A stretch of 5,567 nucleotides of DNA from a virus: the IMG/VR virus record IMGVR_UViG_3300045988_005826, positions 1 to 5,567 of that record; one strand, given 5' to 3'. The notes under the pieces are model-generated. The model did no database searches. It saw nothing but the letters and a program-made list of their open reading frames with translations, and was not told the origin of the DNA. Numbering within the stretch: position 1 is the stretch's first letter; each line of letters starts with the position of its first letter. Positions 1-5,242 of this stretch are shown one piece after another. Both the position numbers and the translations under genes were made by a program.

Positions 1-55
1 AAAAAAGTTTAGATGTACTATTTCTTGAAGGTCATGCGCTAGGCGCGGTGCGCCG
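1..55. repeat. Terminal direct repeat, left copy (circular-genome assembly overlap)
   Basis: AAAAAAGTTTAGATGTACTATTTCTTGAAGGTCATGCGCTAGGCGCGGTGCGCCG at 1-55 is identical base for base to 5513-5567. An exact end overlap of this kind is the usual signature of a circular contig written out linearly. Confidence 0.95.
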
Positions 56-70
56 TACGAAGAGCATGAC
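31..70. other. Nested GC-rich stem-loop in the noncoding region
   Basis: The outer arms GTCATGCGCT (31-40) and AGAGCATGAC (61-70) pair 9 of 10 positions, with one G/A mismatch at 38/63. The inner hairpin is GGCGC (42-46), loop GGT, GCGCC (50-54). Confidence 0.6.
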
Positions 71-112
71 GCAACTTTTCGGTTTTGCTCGCCGGACTGC
101 CTTTAATTCGAA

Positions 113-150
113 TTTTCAACAGTTTTAACAGTTTCAACAGGTTTTCAACA
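113..150 (+). repeat. Iteron cluster A: four tandem (T)TTTCAACA-type repeats at 9-11 nt spacing
   Basis: The copies are TTTTCAACA (113-121), TTTTAACA variant (123-130), TTTCAACA (132-139) and TTTTCAACA (142-150). All share one orientation and are separated by a single G or GG. Confidence 0.85.
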
Positions 151-156
151 AAAAGT

Positions 157-176
157 TGCACAAATGGTTTTGTGCA
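157..176. repeat. Perfect 8-bp inverted repeat TGCACAAA-N4-TTTGTGCA between iteron clusters
   Basis: TGCACAAA at 157-164 and TTTGTGCA at 169-176 are exact reverse complements, separated by the 4-nt spacer TGGT. This could be a hairpin or a dimeric protein-binding site. Confidence 0.7.
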
Positions 177-186
177 TATTGCTACA

Positions 187-226
187 CTTTCAACAATTCA
201 ACAACTTATCCACAAAATTATCAACA
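187..226 (+). repeat. Iteron cluster B: two TTCAACA iterons, a perfect DnaA box and a near-perfect DnaA box
   Basis: The sites are CTTTCAACA (187-195), AATTCAACA (195-203), TTATCCACA (206-214) and TTATCAACA (218-226), all in the same orientation as cluster A. Confidence 0.85.
206..214 (+). promoter_or_regulatory. Consensus DnaA box (TTATCCACA)
   Basis: This is an exact 9/9 match to the canonical high-affinity DnaA box 5'-TTATCCACA-3'. A second site 12 nt downstream (TTATCAACA, 218-226) matches 8/9. The flanking iterons TTTTCAACA differ at one position from the relaxed consensus TTWTNCACA. Confidence 0.6.
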
Positions 227-271
227 TTAAAATTATTAAAAAAATATCGCTCCAAGGATAATTATTCGTTG

Positions 272-288
272 TTTTCAACATTTCAACA
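272..288 (+). repeat. Iteron cluster C: two abutting copies TTTTCAACA + TTTCAACA
   Basis: TTTTCAACA at 272-280 and TTTCAACA at 281-288 have the same orientation as clusters A and B. A further degenerate copy, CTACAACA, lies at 305-312. Confidence 0.8.
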
Positions 289-311
289 CTCCCTACTACT
301 ACGACTACAAC

Positions 312-335
312 AAATAAATAATAAATAATAAAAAT
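312..335. other. Pure A/T tract (candidate DNA-unwinding element)
   Basis: The 24 consecutive A/T bases AAATAAATAATAAATAATAAAAAT abut the GC-rich palindrome that starts at 336. Confidence 0.6.
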
Positions 336-375
336 CGTGCGCGCGCGTGCGTGATTACACGCGCGTGTGCGCACG
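336..375. repeat. 18-bp alternating pyrimidine-purine (CG/TG) palindrome with ATTA loop
   Basis: CGTGCGCGCGCGTGCGTG (336-353), loop ATTA (354-357), CACGCGCGTGTGCGCACG (358-375). As written there are 15 Watson-Crick pairs and 3 G-T wobbles (343/368, 345/366, 348/363). Both arms alternate Py-Pu perfectly, which is Z-DNA-prone and cruciform-prone. Confidence 0.8.
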
Positions 376-384
376 TTCCAATAA

Positions 385-432
385 ATGGTAAAAATATTCG
401 GCCAAGTAGCTTACTTGATAGTTACTTGGCCG
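385..432 (-). terminator. Putative intrinsic terminator downstream of VP4 (rep)
   Basis: The site begins 14 nt past the rep TAG (446-448). On the - strand a perfect 10-bp stem, CGGCCAAGTA (432-423) with TACTTGGCCG (408-399), encloses a 14-nt loop and is followed by AATATTTTTACC. The loop is large for a canonical terminator. Confidence 0.5.
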
Positions 433-445
433 AGTGACACCAAAG

Positions 446-1465
446 CTAAAAAATGCCTTTTGCTTTGGACATCTTCTTCTTCATGGTCGTTTCCTTGTCT
501 GCCAGTTGTTCGGCATACTGTTTGTCAGTTCCCATGTTTCTTTCGATTAGGGACGCGATGGCTTTTCCTTGACGGTACTTCTTGATTCTCCACGCTTTTT
601 CCGGATTTTCTGCTTCTAGTTTTCGCCAATAATATTCTGGTATGGCCGCTCTCTTGCCGTTTGTCAGCTGGATGTATCCAAGTTGCCAGAGTCTTTCCTG
701 GTTCTCTTGAAACCATTCGTCCCCTAGTCCTGGTTTTCGGCTCATTACACAGAATGGCGGTATGATTCCCATTTTCTGGTACTTTTTTCGGTCGTTGCCG
801 AACAGCTTTTTGGTCACATATCCGGCTACATAGTTGTATGTTTCCGGCGTTGCTTGTGCAATGTCAACTGTACCCTGTCTCCAGATCTTGAGCAGCTTAT
901 CGCTCGTGTAGTGTCCGAATCTTGATAGCTTATGGATTGGCTTCAGGTCGTCTGGATGCCACCCGTACAGTATCATGTGGTAATGTGGTCTTGCCGTGTT
1001 GTCCCCGTACTCTCCTGCCAGAAAGTACCTTAGAGCTTCTCCTGTGGCTTTCCTGAGCCTTTTAATAAACAGCTGGACATCCTCTACGCTTAAAGTTAGC
1101 GCTGTTCTAGGACGCTCTGAGGTGTCTTTCCAGACGTTTACCCCGCCTCTGTAGATTTCACCTGTTTCCGTGTCCTGTGTTGGTACATGGTCTTCATCAT
1201 AGGTGAGTGTGATAAACCAGATGCTTTCTTTTTCGTGGCTGTATGCTTCCAGCTCCATTCTTGTGCTCCAGTCTTTCCGCTTTCGGAGTTTGCATCCGGT
1301 GCATTGTCCACACGGTATAAGCATGACGTCTTTACGGTACATCAGGTCTTCATATCTCAGTTCGGTCTTATGACTCGCGTTAAAAGAAGCGAGTGAGTAT
1401 ACTCGCCCACTCGCTTCTTTATTGTGAGGTACATAAAACCGGATTAACGGTTTGTTACACCCCAT
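446..1465 (-). CDS. VP4: Replication initiation protein VP4 (HUH rolling-circle endonuclease, phiX174 gpA-like), 339 aa
   Basis: All three RCR motifs are present: FITLTY (motif I), RPHYHMILYG with HYH encoded at 977-985 (motif II, HUH), and YVAGYVTKK with two Tyr three residues apart at 818-832 (motif III; compare phiX gpA YVAKYVNK). The gokushovirus-typical N-terminal PCGQCTGCKLRK is also present. The SD GAGGAAG sits 8 nt upstream of the ATG. The ATG follows the VP2 stop with a 1-nt gap (TAA-A-ATG). Confidence 0.93.
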   Translation of the reverse strand: MGCNKPLIRFYVPHNKEASGRVYSLASFNASHKTELRYEDLMYRKDVMLIPCGQCTGCKLRKRKDWSTRMELEAYSHEKESIWFITLTYDEDHVPTQDTETGEIYRGGVNVWKDTSERPRTALTLSVEDVQLFIKRLRKATGEALRYFLAGEYGDNTARPHYHMILYGWHPDDLKPIHKLSRFGHYTSDKLLKIWRQGTVDIAQATPETYNYVAGYVTKKLFGNDRKKYQKMGIIPPFCVMSRKPGLGDEWFQENQERLWQLGYIQLTNGKRAAIPEYYWRKLEAENPEKAWRIKKYRQGKAIASLIERNMGTDKQYAEQLADKETTMKKKMSKAKGIF

Positions 1466-1466
1466 T

Positions 1467-2270
1467 TTATCTTCCTCTTCCTGCGCCTCCGCCGTGACTT
1501 TGGCCGCCGCCCATTTGATGATTGTACTGTTTGCTTTGATTTCCCAAGCTGTTAAGGCTGTTAAGGACGTCTCTGAATTCTTTTAGTGCCTTGTCTGCGC
1601 TTGTGTGTGACCAGCTCGTTGCGTCTCCTACTGCTTGTGCGGCATTGTACCAGTTACTTTCACTTTTGCTCCATGTGTTGTTGTGGTTCTGGCTTACTCC
1701 CAGTGCGCTTGCGCTTGCCGCGCTACTGCTTGCAAGGCCCATACTTGCGCCGCTGATTGTGCCTTGTGCGCCTCCTGGCGTACTTGCTCCGCCTTGCTGG
1801 TATGCTAGGATAGGGTTGATGCCTGCTTTTTTCATGTCTTCTACAGCTCGCTGATAAGCTGTATTGCTCATTTGCTCTTGCCAAGCTCTGTTTTTGGCTG
1901 CTTCTGCGCTGTTGTAGGCCATCGCTGCGTTGTTGCTTATCTGGTTGTATACACCTTGCGTGATTGCCGCCATGGTGTTGTAACCCATCTGTTCGAACAT
2001 GCTTCGACGGTTAAACTTCTGCTGGCTTTGCATGTTGCCTTGAATTGCCCCTAGCATGCTGTTCCAGTCTTGCAGATTCTGTTCTCGGTTTACGCCGCTG
2101 GCGGCGCTGCTGTAGCCGCCTCCCTGGCTTGTGCTTTCGTTGTGCTGTTGGCTTCCTCCGGTGCTTTCCATCAGACTTCCGCCTAGCGCTTTGTTTATGA
2201 GTCCTCCGGCGATTGTTGGCAGTAACTGCTTGCCGATTCCAAGTAGTGCGCTTCCAATTTGTGCTAACAT
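1467..2270 (-). CDS. VP2: DNA pilot / minor capsid protein VP2, 267 aa
   Basis: The gene lies immediately after VP1, as in gokushoviruses. It has a Gly-rich hydrophobic N-terminus ([31 protein letters not shown]), low-complexity Gly/Ser/Gln/Ala content, and a VP2-like [11 protein letters not shown] motif. No SD precedes the ATG, which is preceded only by a T7 run. Confidence 0.8.
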   Translation of the reverse strand: MLAQIGSALLGIGKQLLPTIAGGLINKALGGSLMESTGGSQQHNESTSQGGGYSSAASGVNREQNLQDWNSMLGAIQGNMQSQQKFNRRSMFEQMGYNTMAAITQGVYNQISNNAAMAYNSAEAAKNRAWQEQMSNTAYQRAVEDMKKAGINPILAYQQGGASTPGGAQGTISGASMGLASSSAASASALGVSQNHNNTWSKSESNWYNAAQAVGDATSWSHTSADKALKEFRDVLNSLNSLGNQSKQYNHQMGGGQSHGGGAGRGR

Positions 2271-2303
2271 AAAAAAATAGGCCCGGGGTTTTGCCCCGGG
2301 CTT
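2271..2303 (-). terminator. Rho-independent terminator between VP1 and VP2
   Basis: The - strand reads GCCCGGGG-CAAAA-CCCCGGGC: an 8-bp all-G/C stem (2301-2294 with 2288-2281) and a 5-nt loop. CTATTTTTTT follows and runs straight into the VP2 ATG at 2270. The site begins about 14 nt after the VP1 stop. Confidence 0.8.
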
Positions 2304-2316
2304 TCCCCCTTTCTTG

Positions 2317-3981
2317 TCAGTGATGATCTACCAGACCCGGAATACTGTACATCGGCATAGGTCTCACGCTGGTATTGTCAATGACCGTGTCCATGATAAA
2401 CTGAGGCTCATTGTCCTTGGCCAGAGTTCTCTGGATCTCGGAATCTCCCTCCTTCATCCATGCCTGGCTCAGGCTCGGAGTTTCCTTGTAGTTGTCGCCG
2501 TAGTGCCAGCTGTCCAATGTCCCTTCTGCATTCGAACGGAACTTGCCGCTGATGCGGTTTGGCTTCATTCGGTATTCTGCCCATGCTTCTTGATAACCAA
2601 AGGCCTGCTCATCAGTGTCTGTACCAGTGAGATAAAGCTCTTTCTTCAGGATAGCCTGCTCTCCCAGATTTGCGAAGACAGGATAGTAGAAGTCCAGATT
2701 GGTTTTCCGGCTCCACATCCGTTCCAAGCCCTGCTGGTAGGTATGGTCATGTCGGATGCAGCATACGCCGATAACATAGCCGTGTTCTTCGAAGCTCTTC
2801 GTGAACATGCTGCCATTGTACGGCGTAACACTTATTGCCGCGGCGTTACCCTGCGGACTCTCTTGCGTTGTGCCACTGGTCTGGATGACCTGACTCATGT
2901 TGATAGTGATGCGTGTGCCACCCAGGTACTCAGGAATTTGTACCGTCTTATCGCTGATTTTGGTGTGGAACAGCGAATAAATCATCTCTCGGTAACGACT
3001 GCCTCCGCGTGCCAGCTGTTCGTAGTACTTCTGTACCTGAAATGCCTGTCTCAGCTGATTAATGGTTGCCGATGTTGCGTTTGACAGGTCTGCTTTTAGT
3101 GTAAGTGGTTCCTCTACCAGGTTTCCGGGTTGTCCTAAGATACCGTCATATTTTGTTAATTCGGCTACGCTTCCGTTGTGTATTTCCAGCTGGCCTCCGT
3201 CGGCAGGTGCTTTTTGTCCGTTACTCCGGTAGTATCCGTATATTTTTGCAGTGTCTCCCAGCGGAATTTTTACAGGTTCTGCCGATTTCTGAGGGGAAGG
3301 CAAAGCCGATGTGAAATAGTCGTGGTACTTATTGACCGGTAAAGGTCTCCCGCCGGTGTATGCGTTCTGGAGAATATACTCCAAGTCCGGCTTTGCCGCG
3401 TCCATGCCTTTGGTTTCGTCGTCCGTGTAGTTCACGGTTGCGTCTGCCGTGCTGTTGATGGCCGGATTGTCAACATTTTGGTCTCTAAACCATTCCTGCC
3501 ATATCATAGCATAAGCGCGAAATGGCAGTGCATTAACGCTGAACGCCGAACTTGCGTTTATGCTTACCTTGGTCGGGATGCCCATATAGTCCATGATGCT
3601 TCCCTCATAAGGTGCAGGCTTTTCTGCCGTGCCGGTAACTTTGATCTGTGGAATAGTGTATTCCTGAGTCTGTGTCCAAGGCCCGCTGTCGTTCTCACCC
3701 ATAAATCGCTTGAAGTGGTCCCAGATGATTCGACAAGGCACGTTAAAATAGTAGATGTCCATGTGACAGTTATCCATAACTGGGAAGATAGGAGTTGTCA
3801 TACGGATAATAGCGGCCTGGTCGATGCTGAACGTGTCTCCCGGTAACACCTCGTCCACATAAAACGGGATGAGCTGTCCTGCGTTGAGCGTCAGCTTGAC
3901 ATCCTGTCGCCGCTTGAATCGGCTTCGCGTAATGTCCAAGCGCGGAACTTGGTTAAATCCTGCGTCTTTATTCCTGTTCAT
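2317..3981 (-). CDS. VP1: Major capsid protein VP1 (Microviridae F-like jelly-roll capsid), 554 aa
   Basis: This is the longest ORF. The N-terminal region [43 protein letters not shown]...TPIFPVMDN...[12 protein letters not shown] matches the conserved gokushovirus VP1 / phiX F signature. Its size is typical of Gokushovirinae. The SD GGAGGTGAAGGA lies upstream. The start overlaps the VP3 stop by 14 nt. Confidence 0.95.
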   Translation of the reverse strand: MNRNKDAGFNQVPRLDITRSRFKRRQDVKLTLNAGQLIPFYVDEVLPGDTFSIDQAAIIRMTTPIFPVMDNCHMDIYYFNVPCRIIWDHFKRFMGENDSGPWTQTQEYTIPQIKVTGTAEKPAPYEGSIMDYMGIPTKVSINASSAFSVNALPFRAYAMIWQEWFRDQNVDNPAINSTADATVNYTDDETKGMDAAKPDLEYILQNAYTGGRPLPVNKYHDYFTSALPSPQKSAEPVKIPLGDTAKIYGYYRSNGQKAPADGGQLEIHNGSVAELTKYDGILGQPGNLVEEPLTLKADLSNATSATINQLRQAFQVQKYYEQLARGGSRYREMIYSLFHTKISDKTVQIPEYLGGTRITINMSQVIQTSGTTQESPQGNAAAISVTPYNGSMFTKSFEEHGYVIGVCCIRHDHTYQQGLERMWSRKTNLDFYYPVFANLGEQAILKKELYLTGTDTDEQAFGYQEAWAEYRMKPNRISGKFRSNAEGTLDSWHYGDNYKETPSLSQAWMKEGDSEIQRTLAKDNEPQFIMDTVIDNTSVRPMPMYSIPGLVDHH

Positions 3982-4462
3982 TCGATTCCTTCACCTCCGT
4001 CTTTTCTTTTTCGGGCTTTTCCGGCTCAGCGTAGATCCCCAGATTTTTTGCCCACTCGACCGTACCAAAGTCTGCGACGAACTTATCAACGTCGTTATCG
4101 TACTTGAGCTTGATTTCCTTCGGTACGTCGTCCCAAATCTGCTCTGCGCGGAGCATGATGTTTTGGAGTTCTGCTAGGTTCTCCGGTGCTTCGGTGTAGT
4201 CCTGGATGCCGTTCCCAATGTCCGGTACGAGTCGTGCTGCAAGATCTGGGTCAATGGATGCCCGACGGATGATGTTTTCCAGCTTGGTCTCTTCCAAATA
4301 GCTGTCAATTTCAGCCTGTTGGTCAATGACCTGGTCAAGCTTCAGGACTTTTTCGCCTTTTTCGTTGATTTTCCAGAGGTACGTTCGTCTTACGGTTTCT
4401 CCTGCTTCGGTCGGTTTTGCTGTTGCGGTTTCCCGCCAATTACTTACTGAGCGATACGCCAT
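3968..4462 (-). CDS. VP3: Internal scaffolding protein VP3, 164 aa from the ATG at 4462
   Basis: The protein is acidic and helical. It carries the gokushovirus VP3-like C-terminal pattern ...DYTEAPENLAELQNIMLRAEQIWDDVPKEIKLKYDNDVDKFVADF... and lies directly upstream of VP1. The ORF-track start at 4510 is a TTG. The ATG at 4460-4462 has the SD AAGGAG 10 nt upstream, so it is preferred. Confidence 0.8.
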   Translation of the reverse strand: MAYRSVSNWRETATAKPTEAGETVRRTYLWKINEKGEKVLKLDQVIDQQAEIDSYLEETKLENIIRRASIDPDLAARLVPDIGNGIQDYTEAPENLAELQNIMLRAEQIWDDVPKEIKLKYDNDVDKFVADFGTVEWAKNLGIYAEPEKPEKEKTEVKESNEQE

Positions 4463-4676
4463 CGAAGATGTTCTCCTTTTCGTTCTCAAAGATGCCCGTG
4501 GTTTCGTCAAACTTTGCCAGTCTTACAAGCCGGTAGTCGCTAGCCGCTTTGCTCATGATGTTGTTCGGGTCCGTCAGGGCGATTTTGAAGTTACGCTCTG
4601 CAACCTTATCGTCGCGCTCGTTAAAGGTGGTAATGTAGCCGTTAACACAACGGTCGAAGATTCCGTATACCTTCAT
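4440..4676 (-). CDS. Small conserved non-structural protein at the VP5 position, 78 aa
   Basis: A strong SD (AAGGAG) lies 8 nt upstream of the ATG. The gene sits immediately 5' of VP3, where gokushoviruses carry VP5/ORF5. The pattern MKVYGIFD...F...D..A.RNF......P.......DY.LVRLAKFDETTG resembles a recurrent small Microviridae protein family. The functional call is tentative. Confidence 0.65.
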   Translation of the reverse strand: MKVYGIFDRCVNGYITTFNERDDKVAERNFKIALTDPNNIMSKAASDYRLVRLAKFDETTGIFENEKENIFDGVSLSK

Positions 4677-4688
4677 TGTTCTATCTCC

Positions 4689-4787
4689 TTACTTAAACCA
4701 GTTTTTGATGATGTCGATTGCGAAGATGACGAAGACGAAGCTTACCGTGAGACATGCCATCGTCACGCCTGCGTATACAGCACTCAC
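4689..4787 (-). CDS. Hydrophobic single-pass membrane micro-protein (32 aa from GTG 4787, or 23 aa from ATG 4760)
   Basis: My own translation gives (M)SAVYAGVTMACLTVSFVFVIFAIDIIKNWFK*. The ORF is not in the track because it is under 60 aa. The GTG overlaps the upstream stop as GTGA and has GAGGGGG 9 nt upstream. The TAA stop is embedded in the SD of the next gene (TAAGGAG). Its C-ending codon bias (TTC, GTC, ATC, GAC, AAC) matches VP1. The ORF fills an otherwise empty 107-nt gap. Confidence 0.5.
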   Translation of the reverse strand: MSAVYAGVTMACLTVSFVFVIFAIDIIKNWFK

Positions 4788-4903
4788 AGCCTGATGCCCC
4801 CTCTCATTGCGCCGCTCCCCAGGTTGATTGCCTTGGTCTTCCGTGCGGTCTTGTTGTAGATTTTTGCGTCTTTCGACTTGCGGACTTTACTCCTCTTTGC
4901 CAT
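4784..4903 (-). CDS. Highly basic DNA-binding/packaging micro-protein (phiX gpJ / gokushovirus ORF8-like), 39 aa
   Basis: The sequence MAKRSKVRKSKDAKIYNKTARKTKAINLGSGAMRGGIRL is very Lys/Arg-rich and ends in a MRGGIRL-type C-terminus, as in small Microviridae DNA-condensing proteins. The ATG at 4901-4903 is preferred over the TTG at 4975 used by the ORF track. AAGGGA lies 9 nt upstream. Confidence 0.7.
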   Translation of the reverse strand: MAKRSKVRKSKDAKIYNKTARKTKAINLGSGAMRGGIRL

Positions 4904-5108
4904 GGTTGATTTCCCTTCTGAGGATTTCCACCTCGATATTGCTGGCAAGCGCCTTTTTTCTGAAGACAAGGTCAATATAATACTTTGCGTCCTCGATATT
5001 TGCGGCCTGTCTTACCATTTTGTACGCGGCATTTATTGCCTTGTAGGTTTTCGAGAGTTCCTTCATAAGGTTCTCGTCGGTCTGGTCTCTTATGTTCCAT
5101 GTTTTCAT
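4887..5108 (-). CDS. Hypothetical helical protein, 73 aa
   Basis: The ORF starts with an ATG and has a weak SD (AAAGG, 7 nt). It is packed tightly between neighbouring genes, 11 nt after the upstream stop and overlapping the J-like start by 17 nt. It is charged and helical and I recognise no motifs. Confidence 0.6.
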   Translation of the reverse strand: MKTWNIRDQTDENLMKELSKTYKAINAAYKMVRQAANIEDAKYYIDLVFRKKALASNIEVEILRREINHGKEE

Positions 5109-5119
5109 TTTTTGGCCTT

Positions 5120-5242
5120 TCAGTCTCCGTTAAAGGTCTGGAACCTGTTGTCCTTGTCCTCCAACGTGTGGTAAATCTTGTCCAGCATAGCTAAGATTTT
5201 CTGGATGTTTTCGAACAGCGTTTTGATTTCTTGGATGGTCAG
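5120..5242 (-). CDS. 40-codon amphipathic-helix ORF without an upstream ATG (candidate CTG start)
   Basis: My own translation gives (L/M)TIQEIKTLFENIQKILAMLDKIYHTLEDKDNRFQTFNGD*. Its C/G-ending codons (ATC, GAC, AAC, TTC, ACG, CTG) match VP1 usage, whereas the overlapping 123-aa track ORF is A/T-ending there. AAGAGG lies 9 nt upstream of the CTG at 5242, the same spacing as the other SDs in this genome. The only in-frame ATG (5188) has no SD and would give 22 aa. Confidence 0.4.
   Translation of the reverse strand: MTIQEIKTLFENIQKILAMLDKIYHTLEDKDNRFQTFNGD

Noticed and set aside
6-33. dif-like XerC/XerD site on the - strand (ACCTTCAAGAA-ATAGT-ACATCTAAACT); also GGTGCGC at 47-53, which matches the first 7 nt of E. 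coli dif
   Set aside because: Some gokushoviruses integrate at dif, so I compared these with the B. subtilis and E. coli dif sequences as I remember them. Each arm reaches only about 8/11. That alignment forces a 5-nt central region instead of 6. The E. coli-like match stops after 7 nt and has no XerD arm. This is too weak without the host's dif sequence.
113-288. Could the short repeats be a CRISPR array or a microsatellite?
   Set aside because: The repeat unit is only 7-9 nt, with 0-2 nt or irregular 40-50 nt gaps, and there are no 25-40 nt repeats with unique spacers. The arrangement is iteron-like, not CRISPR. The TAC-rich run at 294-310 is too short and imperfect to call.
411-420. ACTTGATA in the hairpin loop, matching 8 nt of the phiX174 gpA origin core (CAACTTG/ATATTAATAAC)
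   Set aside because: It is on the window's + strand, which is the non-virion strand, whereas gpA-type Reps nick the virion strand. An 8-mer match somewhere in an 11-kb two-strand search is not improbable, and the match breaks immediately afterwards.
2646-2831. 61-aa alternative-frame - strand ORF inside VP1
   Set aside because: It has a GTG start, no SD and an Ala/Ser/Arg-rich composition with no features. Nothing distinguishes it from a chance open frame inside a long gene.
2314-3084. 256-aa + strand ORF, along with the other + strand ORFs at 385-585, 1187-1396, 1591-1854, 1872-2054, 3105-3314, 3478-3846, 3869-4177, 4326-4859 and 4878-5174
   Set aside because: All are antisense to well-supported - strand genes, have Cys/Leu/Arg/Val-rich compositions typical of shadow ORFs, and lack recognisable SDs or motifs. 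Microviridae transcribe a single strand.
3968-4510. Longer 180-aa version of VP3, and similarly the 63-aa version of the J-like gene at 4784-4975
   Set aside because: Both extended starts are TTG codons (CAA on the + strand at 4508-4510 and 4973-4975) lying deep inside the upstream gene. The internal ATGs at 4462 and 4903 have SD-like sequences at the genome-typical 9-10 nt spacing.
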